Part shown: in pieces, positions 12,814 through 42,960 of the stretch
Layout of the letters: the number at the start of each line of letters is the position of its first letter
Position numbering within the stretch: position 1 is the first letter of the stretch
The notes under the pieces: generated by a model
Told to the model about the DNA's origin: nothing
Database searches by the model: none
The model's input: the letters and a program-made list of their open reading frames with translations, nothing else
Assembly (NCBI RefSeq): GCF_964204645.1
Contig: NC_134032.1
Location: forward strand, 12,202,275 to 12,266,274
Direction of reading: 5' to 3'
DNA: 64,000 nt
From: Tubulanus polymorphus
Taxonomy: Eukaryota > Animalia > Nemertea
Translations under genes and position numbers: made by a program

Positions 12814-13893
12814 TTAGACCTTTTCGCATTGACGGTTTCTCTGGCCGAACAACTGAATCACGGCTTGTCTGAATTTCGAATTAGAAAGACAATAAACAAG
12901 AAAGTTCATGCACGAATCTGCAACGGTCAGACCGATCCCGATTTTCCTTTGAACGACCAACGCGTCCTCGGCTTTTATGTTCGGATAGTTAATCCGTATT
13001 ATACCTTTAAAACCGCTGGACTGCAGTTTTTCGAGGAAGAATACCGACTCAAACGCGACGAATATCGCGACTAAAGCGAATGACATGCGCAGGACGCGGA
13101 GCTCCACACCGCGATGGGTTTTCATCGAACGATTTCGACTGATACTCGACGTTAGTTTATTATGAATCGAAACGAGAATCAAAATGATATTTATAACGCC
13201 CAGCGCGACCATCGGAACGATGATGCTGGAAAATACACTTTGCCAAGCTTCCATCGCGCTCCATGTTCGAAAGTATCGGAAGTAAGCTAACAACTCGGAT
13301 CTGACTAGAGTGGGCGGTTCGTGAATACAGGGTGCTGGTTTCAAGCTTTGCACCGGAAGTAACGCTGGAAAAAAGAGGAAGAACGTTTAGGCTATTATCA
13401 AAAATATGAGAAAATTCACCACTTTTCGCGTCCAAAACAATCGAGATCTCAGCGGGAAAGTCGTCACGACGAGTCTTTCTAAACTTATTAAAATGACGCA
13501 CCAGTTTCGAATTTGCTGAAACGTGTAATACGGCCATATGGCGACTACTATGAATTCCCAGCCGAAATTCCATTCATCATCGCGTAAGACAACATCGCCT
13601 AAATGTATATAAATGTGTATCACACGTAGAGGGTACAAGACAAAAACGCTCGCCGAGTACGATATGTCGAAAATAGCGAGAACTTTAATTAGATAGTACG
13701 CGTTATTGTTCATCTTTCTGAATACTAACAGCGTTATAACGTTGAGAATGACGCCGAGTATCGTCACCGGTCCGTAAAAGAATATAAAGAAATAGATGAT
13801 GAATTCATAGTCCCAGCGAATCGGCTTCGTGCGTCTTATCCTATCGCACAGTCCCGAATAGGTTCCAGTGACAACATTAGGAGAGGTGTTCAT
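12814..13893 (-). pseudogene. Intronless class A GPCR (FMRFamide/peptide-receptor-like), paralog A1, with one in-frame TAA at 13387-13389
   Basis: ORFs 13387..13914 and 12814..13353 are in the same frame and collinear with paralog 16910..17989, where the TAA aligns to Tyr (TAT). 7TM motifs LAIFD, SLERLVV, DSCMNFLVY. Confidence 0.88.
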
Positions 13894-13918
13894 CCTGCAG
13901 TTCACAGACTTCAACTAT

Positions 13919-14566
13919 AGCCGCGATCACATAGAGATAATTGGGCCCTGGCAAAATTGGCACGGGCCAAATGTGCTTGTGTGAAAACAATTTTAAACCA
14001 GCCGAAATACTCCCTTCTACACTTCTAACTGCGAGTTGAGCATATTCCAAAATGGATATAAGTCTCAACTCGCAGTTAGAAGTGTAGAAGGGAGTATTTC
14101 AGCTGGTTTTGTAAAAGGTGTTATTTTCTCCACCGTCGGAAAGTCGGAAAGTTTTCAATTTTTATCTCAGAATAGAACGAAACTCTACATTTCCTATTCT
14201 AGATGTTGTACTTGCAGTAACTTGTTCTTCAGTGTCAAACCTAAAACCAAGAAATGTAGATCTATGACCAGGAGCTGGCTTTGATTAGACTTAGGAACGT
14301 GTTACTGGTTTGGAAGGGGGATTAATAAACCAGCTTCAACTGATATACTCAGCAATCACACAAGGGTTTTTGGCCCGTGCCAAACTTTAGCACGAAGCAA
14401 ATGATTGCGTATCAATTGCAACTGGTTCGGTTGATGACTTGGCTTTGTTTAAGCATTGTTTGGTATCGAGTGAGCTGTTTACATGTGATGGCGCTCTCTA
14501 ATTAGGTACGGGCCAAATTTAGCTCGGGCCTGATCCGGGCCAAAACGTCTCCGTGTGATCGTGGCT
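13919..14566. mobile_element. MITE family with AGCCGCGATCACA ends; relatives at about 37190-37490 and 60886-61130
   Basis: TIRs AGCCGCGATCACA / TGTGATCGTGGCT and shared internal GGCACGGGCCAAA motifs. Confidence 0.65.
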
Positions 14567-16085
14567 TAGGACCTACCCGACCTGGGGTTAGAGTTAAAAC
14601 TGGTCTTCTATCCTCTATAAAAGCAGTCGCGTATGATTAAATAGTTTATGTCCTGACGTGGAATAATTGCCGGCTATCTATAATTCATTTCGTCTTGAAC
14701 GACTGAGACAAAGCAACTTTCAAGAGCTAACTCCCTACAAACACGGACTCATAGGACTTGCCTTGCGTGTTTATGGTCAGTTAGTTCTATATTCCGTCTC
14801 AAACGGATCCAAGTTACTGGGTCGAAAATAAATACTTGAAAAATCATATATTCGATTGTAAAAGTGCATCCTGATTCGTTAAATGCTGGCGATGAATTTG
14901 AACTTGTCTATAAAAAACTGGGCCCAGGAGTCAACGATAAAACTGGTTTATGAAACAAGTCCCTGGGTCAAAGTTAAAACCGGTCTCTAAAACCATTCCT
15001 GGGGTCTTTGAATACAGCCCAAAACACCCCCCCCACTTGGGAGTTATGTCAGACCTGGCTATGACTACTATTTCACAGTAGTTACTACTCTTTTTAAGAG
15101 CTCAACTACTCCCAAATTTATCAAAACACTCTTAAAATCGGAACAATTTCTAGTTAATTTTCTATTAAAAGACCATTTTTCAACAATCTCGATTTTGGTA
15201 AAAACTACCACAATAAATGGTTTCAGTTCAGCCTCTTTTTTTGTTACCCAATCCTTAGCCGTGTCGGTCGTTCAACCCGCTCTGATCTCGACGCTATTTT
15301 CAAATTCCAGCTTAACTCTTTGATCTTCAATGAATTAATTGTTTCGTAGCAATTCTTCGTTAATAACGTAGTAACAAAAGATCAAAGTGTTGGGAGTGTA
15401 CGCACGAATGAAAGTGAAATGCTTAAATTTCAATCATGGACGTCGAACTGCAGGGTAACACAGCGTCGTCGCGGGTCCGACCCTATTAACCGGCTAATGG
15501 GTCCACGCCCGCCCGCCCGCCTGCCCACTCTGACTAAACACAATACAACAGTTTTAATTCTATACAGCATTTAAACAACTCTATTTACCTGACCTTTTCG
15601 CTGAGTGAGAGAGGGAGAGCATAGACAGAGGTGTATAGCCGAGAAAATTTTACCAGAATGAAATTTTAAATTTTTTCTTAAGATTCGTTCTATAGAATTT
15701 TTGTTTGCAAATTATGAAGAAAGTTTCAATCGATTTTTTTACGCATTTTCGTCATATTTTTACTGAATATCTTGTAGAAATTTTACTGACTTCAGGATTT
15801 CTTTAGGATTTCTCGAAAATTACATCTTGGTTTGAATTCCAACAGGGACAAAGAGCTGAAGAGAGATAGTGAGAGGGGAATAGGTTATTAAAAGTGTAAA
15901 CATGCTTAACTTATAGAAGACACAATATTTCATTCTTTCATATATGAAATTCCGATGTGTGAAAAGTGAAAGTCCTTTGTACGTTTCAGTCTTAAGTCTT
16001 TTTCGACTTCGAAGGAAGTTAATTTTTGTGTTTGCGTCGGTGTCTTTGAGAATAAATCGTTAATATTGACCGGTGGTCAGTCAGG

Positions 16086-16186
16086 ATGGACGGCGCTCGC
16101 GAGAGATTTCATAAATATTTCAATAATAGATTATCGACTATTCGCAGCAGATACCGCAGCCAGTTTAACATGGGACGGATTTTTAG
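16086..16186 (+). CDS. Candidate DYRK4 alternative first exon (MDGARERFHKYFNNRLSTIRSRYRSQFNMGRIF-R), between the two antisense GPCRs
   Basis: aggATGg, 101-nt open frame, AG|gtaaat phase-2 donor followed by AT-rich intron-like sequence. Confidence 0.55.
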
Positions 16187-16669
16187 GTAAATTACACATT
16201 TTTATTTTTTTTTCTGTGTGTTCATATTTTTAGGTAAACTGATTTTTGAATCATTTTAAAAAAATTTATTTTCCTTAACAATTTTTTCCTTCAAATCTTT
16301 AGAAAAATTACTTATTTGCCTTGGTATTTCGTTCCTTTATTTATCAAATTCTGAAATTAATTACCGTTACTATCTTCCATCGAAGTTTTTGAATAAGATT
16401 TTTCAAATTATTAAGAAAGGTGATTGTAGCCATAATAATTTTTTTTCCAAATCGAAATTTAAAATTTTTAACAGTCAAGCACACGCGCTTTAAGGTAAAA
16501 TCGACACTATGGTACAACACAATATCAGTTTTATCATTGATGATAGTAATATTAATGATATATTTTTTCATAAACCATAAAACAATGCATACAATTCTAT
16601 GAATAATCTGATTGGTGCCGTCGCTAGTTTTCTTGCGCATACCTGCGCACCCAGTCTAGTGTGGATGGG

Positions 16670-16830
16670 GTTTCGTGGCGTGGCTGAGTGTAGCGATACC
16701 ATCAGGTTCGAATCCCTGCCGAGGGATGATCAGGTTTGAACAGGAAAATTACACAGTGTGATTGGTTCAATTGTCTTCATTATAAGCCCGTGAACCTACT
16801 TATAGAGTAGCACTGGTACCACCCTTTCTC
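16670..16830 (+). mobile_element. Degenerate tRNA-derived SINE fragment just 3' of GPCR A2
   Basis: A-box-like TGGCTGAGTG and B box GGTTCGAATCC without a cloverleaf. Confidence 0.45.
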
Positions 16831-16909
16831 AAGTGGATGGTGCAATCAGGAAAACATTTCTGTGGTCTTCGTAATCAGCAGATATTTGGTACTTTTTCAT
16901 CTCGGTAGT

Positions 16910-17989
16910 TTAGACCTTTGCGCATCGGCAGTTTCTCTGCGCAAACAACTGAATCACGGCTTGTCTGAATTTCGAATTAGAAAAACAATAAACAAGAAAG
17001 TTCATGCACGAATCTGCAACAGTCAGACCGATCCCGATTTTCCTTTGTACCATTAGTGTCTCATACACTGATAAGTTTATAAATCGAGTCTTTGTTATCC
17101 ATTTAGAACCACTAAACTGCAGCCTTTCCATGAAAAATAATGACTCGAACGCGACAAATATCACCACTAAAGCAAAGGACATTCGTAACACGCGGAGTTC
17201 CACGTTGCGATGAGTTTCTTTTGAGCGATTTTGACTAATACTTGACGTTAGTTTATTATAAATCAAAACGAGAATCAAAATGATATTTATAACGCCCAGC
17301 GCGACCATGGGAACGATGATGCTGGAAAATACACTTTGCCAACTATTTAAACGCCTCCAAGTATAAAAATGCGTGCTTCTAAAGTAATACCTCTTCCCAA
17401 ATCTTTTAAGAGTGGGGGGTTTGTGAATACAGGGCATTCGTTTAAAGCCGCGGTCAGGAATAAACAACGGAATAAAGAGGAAAGCACTATAGGCTGTTAT
17501 CAAAAATATTAAAAAATTCACCACTTTTCGCGTCCAGAACAATCGAGATTTCAGCGGGAAAATCGTTACGACGAGTCTTTCAAAACTGATTAAAATGACG
17601 CACCAGTTTCGAATTTGCTGAAACGCGTAATAAGGACATAAAGCTGCTTGTATAAATTCCCAGCCGAAATTCCAGTCATCTTCGCGTAAGACAACATCGC
17701 CTAAATGTATATAAATGTGTATCACACGTAGAGGGTACATGACAAAAACGCTCGCCGAGTACGATATGTCGAAAATAGCGAGAACTTTAATTAGATAGTA
17801 CGCATTATTGTTCATCTTTTTGAATACTAACAGCGTGATAACATTGAGAATGATGCCGAGTATCGTCACCGGTCCGTAAAAGAATATATAAATATAGATA
17901 CTGAATTCATACTCCCAGCGAATCGGCTTCGTGCGTCTTATCCTATCGCACTGTCCGGAATAGACGACAACAGTAGAAGAAGCGTTCAT
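16910..17989 (-). CDS. Intronless class A GPCR (FMRFamide/peptide-receptor-like), paralog A2, intact
   Basis: Seven hydrophobic segments; GIILN, LAIFD, RNWCVILISFERL..FPL, DSCMNFLVYC, KFR helix 8; first ATG at 17989. Confidence 0.92.
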   Translation of the reverse strand: MNASSTVVVYSGQCDRIRRTKPIRWEYEFSIYIYIFFYGPVTILGIILNVITLLVFKKMNNNAYYLIKVLAIFDISYSASVFVMYPLRVIHIYIHLGDVVLREDDWNFGWEFIQAALCPYYAFQQIRNWCVILISFERLVVTIFPLKSRLFWTRKVVNFLIFLITAYSAFLFIPLFIPDRGFKRMPCIHKPPTLKRFGKRYYFRSTHFYTWRRLNSWQSVFSSIIVPMVALGVINIILILVLIYNKLTSSISQNRSKETHRNVELRVLRMSFALVVIFVAFESLFFMERLQFSGSKWITKTRFINLSVYETLMVQRKIGIGLTVADSCMNFLVYCFSNSKFRQAVIQLFAQRNCRCAKV

Positions 17990-18089
17990 CCTGCAGTTCA
18001 CAGAATTCAACTGAAACTAACTGAAACACTCTGCGCAATTCTAACTGCGAGTTTCGCCCCTTTCGGGATGTAACATGTAATTTGCATGA

Positions 18090-18090
<1 letters not shown>

Positions 18091-18177
<87 letters not shown>

Positions 18178-18273
18178 GTATATATCTATATATATATATA
18201 TGGTATTATTATTGCGATTGCAACATCAGTGTTGAACAGCGCAACATCAGTGTCAAACCTTGTATTATATATA

Positions 18274-18357
<84 letters not shown>

Positions 18358-18408
18358 CCAGGTTTGACACTGATGTTGCGCTGTTCAACACTGATGTTGC
18401 AATCGCAA
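18091..18408. repeat. (TA)n tracts and a ~200-bp fold-back palindrome (18212-18408) with a (TA)n centre
   Basis: TTGCGATTGCAACATCAGTGTTGAACAGCGCAACATCAGTGTCAAACCT and its reverse complement flank (TA)n. Confidence 0.9.
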
Positions 18409-19259
18409 ACTCCATTAGTGTTTAACTCAACATTAAATGGTAACAATAGTTCCGTTAATAAATGTATCGAATTTCGTTCTCGGAGCAAAAAAGTATTTTT
18501 GGAGTTTCGAGAATCTGTTTGTGGGGAATTTAAAAATTTTTATATAATTCAAAGAAAAAATCTGATTTTACTTTATTTTCATTTCCAAGTTTTATGCGTT
18601 GATATTGGACCCGACCCTTGGATTGATTTTCTTATTATTCCGGTAGGGAAACTCTATCCGATGAAGGGGGCTTCTTTTCCCATTGTGACATTTCATTTCT
18701 GTCAGGGAGTATTTTTTTACATTGATGGAAATTTGATCCTTAGTTGGGGGTCAACAATACCGCCTGCATGTAGGTACAAATAGCACTCAGCAGTGTTAAA
18801 CACTGCAGGACTGTAGTTAAAACGTGGAAAAAGAGAATTCCTTGTTTGTATAAGGTTAGTACAACTACAAAAGATTACACAACCAGGGCTTATACTTACG
18901 AGAGACGTCTAAGCTCATTTTAGTTCCATAGCCAATGTAGCAACCATTACTTGAGACTTTAGATTTAAGATCCCTTTTGATGGACATTCGTTGAGATCCA
19001 TCTATGTAAACTCTGTTTTCATTCAACCATGTTTAAACTGGAACTAAGGGTGCTTTTGAAAGTGTAAACAGTTTGTAGTTTGGTTAAAATCAGTTGAAAG
19101 TTACACATAATCATCATTTCAATTGTGTGTAGCTTCGTCGCATGTTTTGAGTTCAGTAGCCTACAGGCCCACTTCAAAAATATATCACGGCTTATGTATT
19201 TGAGATTATTATAAGTAAACATCGTTAATTTTTTTCAAATATTTTTCAGGTATCGGAGC

Positions 19260-36930
<17,671 letters not shown>

Positions 36931-37189
36931 TAATATGATATGTCTGCAAACTTAATTACAACGGCACCACCTGCTGGTGTTTAACTGTGCTAAAACGATC
37001 CGTTCGATCAAATGTTGGAACGTATCCAATTGAAATGTATAGATGGCGCTATTTGTTATATCTGAATGATAATGGCTGGGATTTTTACATCAATCATCTC
37101 AACTTGAAATTCACATTGGATGATCGTTTGTTGATGAGTTCTAGGTTCATTAACTCAAACGAACAGTCTATCTGCCCTCCGGATAGTAT

Positions 37190-37490
37190 AGCCGCGAACA
37201 CACAAAGACAATTTGGCTCGAGTCAAATATTGGCCCGGACCAGACCCGAATCAGATTTTGCACGCGCTTAATTAGAGAAATAAATCACTCACTTGATACT
37301 TAACAATGCTGTAATGAAGCAAAGTGAGTCGCTTCCAGAAACAGTTAGCATTTGCGCGGAATAATTTGACGTGTGCTAAAATTTGGCACGGGCCTGGTCC
37401 GAAGTTCTTGGTCGGACAAAATTTTACCCATGTCAAAGACAATAATGGCCATATTTGGCAGGTCAAAAAAGCGCCTATGTGATCGCAGCT
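37190..37490. mobile_element. MITE copy in the presumed DYRK4 3' UTR
   Basis: AGCCGCGAACACA ... TGTGATCGCAGCT ends. Confidence 0.55.
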
Positions 37491-40085
37491 CTCATCTACT
37501 AAGTTCATATACCGGATGATGAGTTAGTGAGTGTAGGAATTCTAATTATAACTCTGCAGTTGTTACTCACTTGTTAATGAGTAAAATGTGTTGTTAAAAG
37601 TCAATGATTAAATGTGTCTATGCACGAGTGATATTCAAACACGAAACTGAAATCGTTCATTTCATGCGAAGAGACAATTTTTTAGACAGTCTGCACATGG
37701 TTATATTTGCGCTGTGTTTTTGTTACTAATGGTTATTAAGAATAACTTCTGTGGTTCCAATTCTTTGATCTCACGCGATCGACTCGTAAAAACTTATTCC
37801 GTCCAAATCTGAATGTGTTTTATACCAGGGCAGCCCAGAGCTGCTGTTCCTGTTCTCCACTATTTGTTACTCGTTTATAACCAAAAATACTGATTTGATT
37901 TGTTTGATGCATATGAAAAATATGAAAGATGTTAAAAGAGGGTCTTACTGTTGATTATTGATGAATTTGAAGATTTTCTTTCATATTTCAATGAAATGTT
38001 ACTGAGAAAATTTCAATTTTTACTTTTAAGAGGTTGGCAGCCCGGGGTACTTGCACTTCGATATTTGTGGGTTTCTTAAAAAAAAGTTCATTCCGTCCAA
38101 ATTTCAATGTGATACTTACCACGTTCGCTGTAGAGCTAGAAAAACATTTCACAGAGTCAAATTAAGTATTAATGATCTAGATTTTGTGTACTGTTATACA
38201 GTTTTACCCACGTGAATTGTAGATAGGTGTAATTTGATGTAATTTTGTGCAAATACCGAATGACGCAGCGCTGGGTTTACACTGCGATACCGCATTTTTT
38301 TTAAATATCATTCGTTTTCAATCTGTTCTTTAAGAGTAGAATATATTCCGTCCAAAAAATTAGTCCGATAACAAAGTCCTGTGAAGACATATTTAAAAAC
38401 AGAAAAAGATGTTAAAAATGAAATACAAATATGATAAACTCACTAACTACAAATTTTATAGGAATTGAAGAAACGTTACTCAAAGTGTTATCATAATCAA
38501 AGTGAATATGTTTCGGTGGTCTTTTGGACTATCATTCTTTTAGCCTGTTGATCCTGCACCCTTCAGATATTCAAAGCTTTATCAACATTCTTCTCGGTCG
38601 TCCACACTTCGTTCACCGGAGATATTTTTCATTTCAAAATGAAGAACTATAACAAACATTAGATGTTTTATCAGCGAACTTTCAAAAACTGACCATCCAG
38701 AGTTAGGCATCAAATGCTTGAAAGTCTAAGGGGGTCTCCTGGTTGCAGATTGATACTTTTTGGGATCATCGAAACGTCCCTTCATTTCGAGTCGAATTCA
38801 AATTTTTGCGCTTTAAATTCCTTCCTCAAAAGTTTGTATCTTAAGTGGGTTTTCTGAATGTTTAACTTAATAGATACACCACATACTCGATGATAATGTA
38901 GAGAAATATTGTTATATGTATTGTCTGATAGTATATGGTATGCTATATTTTATAAATGTAAATATGAAAGATTATAAGATTGTATATGTTATATATGAAA
39001 TTATTATATGTTATATCAATTGGCGAAAAAGGAGACCAAAGCGATGTGTGATATTTGTACAAATACCTATTGTTATTTATCATTGTTTTATGTTTTAATT
39101 TCCGTTTGACCCACCCGAACGTATTTTTGTATATTTTGTTTTTCGGGTTAAAGCTCGGGAGAATTTCAAGCAGACCTATATTATAAGCCACGCCCCTGTC
39201 TTAATTATATACTTTTGTGTTGAATGTGCAATTTCATTATTTCTGTTGAACTGGGTCTGGCGTCAAATTAATTTTACATAGAGCAGGATTGAATCCAGAA
39301 TTGGATCAAATTTGACCCTGCCGTTTCTCAGTGATGGGTTTGATTATTTTAGCTCTAGCGATAATTTCAATGCTTTGAACTATAATATGGAACCGGGACC
39401 TATAAAACTCCGAGAGAAAGTTGTTCTGATTTTATGTCTTATTGGTTTTTAATCGGATTTTCTACTACGCGCTCAGATGGTTATTGAGAAATTTTACATT
39501 TAATGATAAAATCAAAAAGTTTGAAATCGAAAATTGAAAATCTGTGTTGTGTTCAGTTTTTTGTCGGATGTGGTTCACGTGTAAGCTCTGAGCTGAGAAG
39601 GCTGCTGTCATGGTTATTCGGTTGCTGACTTACAAGCAAGCGACCTACAACTCCTAAAGAGGGTTCTGTTCAGCCTCTATTTGTCTCATTAGTATATCTC
39701 CTACTGCCCACTAGTGCACCTGGTGGATCCTAACATGCCACAATTGGAATCACCTTTTGTCACAGTAATCTATGTCCTACCGAGTATATGCCCACACCAA
39801 GTCAATCCTCAATTTTCACAAGTGAAATCCTCTGTTGCCGCATCAGTTGATATTCTACTGTACGCTAGCGCCACCTGATGGATGTTCACTTTCTACCTTT
39901 ACTGCTCAGTAGTGTGCAACCGATGTCCTATGAACACTAGCGCACCTGATGGATCTCCACTATTGCCACCTTTGTACACAATTTAATACATCCTCACTTA
40001 ATTTACACTATAGAAGTGGAATTATCAATTGACCTTGAGACAATTACAGTGGAATCGACCCAAATCTAGTTCCCATGCCTCAGTA

Positions 40086-40338
40086 CAGGGGCGGATCCAG
40101 GGGCCTATCTCGAGAAGTTCCAAATTGCATAAGGGCACTCACTATTATGGGGCAATTTTCTATGACAAATCACGACAAACAAGGGCATTTTGACATCAAA
40201 CTTGTGTGTTAAACTTACTACGCCAAATCATGCCAGATGAGGGCCTTTTACGTCAAATCTAAGGATTCTAGGAGCACAGACAAAGCTCGACGGTATTCCA
40301 AAGAACTCTCAACCCCCCCCCCCCTGGATCCGCCCTTG
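40086..40338. mobile_element. MITE with CAGTA target-site duplication
   Basis: TIRs CAGGGGCGGATCCAGGGG / CCCCTGGATCCGCCCTTG; CAGTA at 40081-40085 and 40339-40343. Confidence 0.75.
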
Positions 40339-40843
40339 CAGTATCGAGTGCTAATAACAGAATGCTATGCAACTCGACCAGGGTGCAAGCAGCTAAATCT
40401 ATATATACTCGTGCACGTCATGTGCACGCCCTGAGGGGTCCGGGTTCATCATAAATCTAGCTTGTCGCCAACTTCGAGTAAGGTTATCTCCATCAAAACT
40501 ATCGTTCTCTAACCTATAATTTCCCCCATCAACTCATCTGTTCGATTCGAAGGTATTACGTAGACAGAAAATTACAATGTTATCCTCAAAAATCGGATGC
40601 CTGGGGAGAGCAGACGGTATGACAGGAGATATAGTTTGCGAGAGTCTTCTACACGCGCGTGTGAGCGGTTTTAGTTTATTACTTTTAGAATAATAAGCAA
40701 TTCTAAAGAAGTACCAAATTGTTAGGATTCGCGCCAGCAAAAACAACCATTGGCGTCATATCAATGCATCTGATGGCAATCAGTGCACATCCGCGGACGC
40801 TGTAATCGAGTTTCCGCTTTCGAAACCTTACTGCCCAATCACG

Positions 40844-41886
40844 ATGGAGTCTTCTACTGCAGCTGCGACTGATAATAACCAAACCGACATCGAAATTTCA
40901 TGTCACATGACAACTGGTCTCTACGAAACTATAATGACTTTGATACGGGCAGTATTGTGTCTTATTGGACTTGTGGCGAATCCGCTGGCTTTTTAGTTCT
41001 GAGCGTTATGAAATATCGTGGTAGCAGCACTTTTTTTCTACGCATGTTAACAGTAGCGGATACGGTCAACTGCCTGACGACGCTAACCAGCAGGGATCTA
41101 ATTGTCAAGCGTTACCCGTTTAAACTATTACAATATGGCTATCACTATAAAATGTATTATTTGTACATTTTTAATTACGTAGACGCTATTTTTCAAATGA
41201 CTGTAACCACAAGTTCGTGGTTTCTATTCTCTCTGAATTTCGAGCGCTATATCGCTATACGCTTTCCGTTACTGGCGAAAAAAATTTGCACGATCGATAA
41301 CTCTAAACGTATTTCGTGTTGTATTTGGGTTTTGACGTTCATCTTCGATATACCGACAGCCTGGGACGTAACTAGGATTGTCAACCGCCCCGGGCATCCC
41401 TGCGCCTACCCGGGACGTGAGCTAAACTTTTTGATAAATAAAAACTATGCTTTTTTCTATGATTTCATATTCGGTAAAGTCGTCCTACAATTCATCCCGG
41501 GTATTTTTCTGTTACTGTGTAATTTACACATGTTCTGGTTAATTCGGGCAGCGATTTTAAATCCACGAAAACTGGCCGCGCGAAAAGACACATCTACCTC
41601 GTCGGAAGAGGGTACCTTCAGCAAACTAGGTTTACAAATGACGGTTACAATAATGACTTTATCTTTATTCTATTGTTTTCAATATTTGATGGCGTTGATA
41701 AATACACTAATGCCGGCTCTAGGAACAATGCTCGGTCGGAAATTGTATCGGCCCTACGAATCAGGAAGGTTATTAGGTACGACCAATTCGATGATCAATT
41801 TATTTGTGTATTTGGGGGTTCGTTCCGGATTTGGATCGACTCTCGTCTGGTGTTTGAGTTGTAGATCTTTGGGCAGACGACAATGA
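40844..41886 (+). pseudogene. Intronless class A GPCR, paralog B1, with a 1-bp deletion in TM1 (T-run 40990-40994)
   Basis: The frame from ATG 40844 (MESSTAAATDNNQTDIEISC...RAVLCLIGLVANPLAF) matches B2 up to GCTTTTTAGTT versus GCTTTTCTAGTT in B2. The remainder is in ORF 40900..41886 (NFERYIAIRFPL, NSMINLFVY). Confidence 0.85.
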
Positions 41887-42865
41887 AAATACGTAGTAAT
41901 GTATGAATGTTTGCATGCTTGTGGGTGCCCATTACATTTGCTTCACTCGATTCGTTCAAATGATACGGCGCGTTGGACACAATTTTAGATTGCCGCGGCC
42001 AATTGCCGATTTTGACAGGTTCTAACATATTGCTGGGGTTAATCTACTTCAATTTCTTCAAAAACATGATATTCAAAGAAAAAACCGTAATCCATTAGGT
42101 CCTGGCTGTCTTTGTTTTATTGCATGTTGTTGCTTAAATTTCACTTTCTGTCACCATTGTTTTTGACACCATGGTTACGGATGCTATAGCGTTAGTGGAG
42201 CTTGCAGTTAAAATCAATTTCAATTAATCATTTTCAATTAAATGAAAAGAAAAATTTCAATAAAGATGTCTTAAATTTCAATAAAGATGTCTCAAATTGA
42301 ACGTCGTGGCGACTCTGGATTTAGTTGCCGAGCTAATTCCCACGTGACATTCATTTCTGAGCTAGTTTCCCAACAATTACCTGGTCTTTAGATGTATACA
42401 GGTTTTCACCCAATACGTATATACTTTTATATCCATCTACATATTTTGCCTTGGACTAAAACGAACGTTTTAGAATTTATAGTTTTACGCCTCTCCAAGA
42501 CAAAGCACTGAATACGAAATGAGCAATCGGTCCCAATAACTCAAAGAACCCAACAACTGATTGTCTTTTTTTATTCTTATTTACAATGAGACTCAAAAAT
42601 ACAGATGAATTCAGTAATGTGACGACTTTATCAGCTGACGACTAGACGCGAGTTTGGCTGTACCGTGCCACGACTACAGGGCAGATATTCCACTTTACCA
42701 ATAACAATGAATTCTCTTACAACAGGTTAATATTCAATTTAGTTCATATTTTACATAATGATTAACTTTCACAGAGTAAATTGAATCAGATTTCCGAAAA
42801 TTGATCTTTCATTTGCTGTTAACAATAGATTGGGAACTTCTATCAATAAGACATTATTACTGCGC

Positions 42866-42867
<2 letters not shown>

Positions 42868-42937
<70 letters not shown>

Positions 42938-42960
42938 TTATTTATTTATTCATTTATTTA
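42868..42960. repeat. (TA)n then (TTTA)n microsatellite
   Basis: Directly visible in the sequence. Confidence 0.95.

Noticed and set aside
15436-15454. ATG-MDVELQ followed by gtaaca in a CpG-rich patch
   Set aside because: Phase 1 with a weak donor; does not fit the common exon.
18082-18783. 233-aa ORF and overlapping antisense ORFs (YIYIYI)
   Set aside because: Translation of (TA)n and a palindrome.
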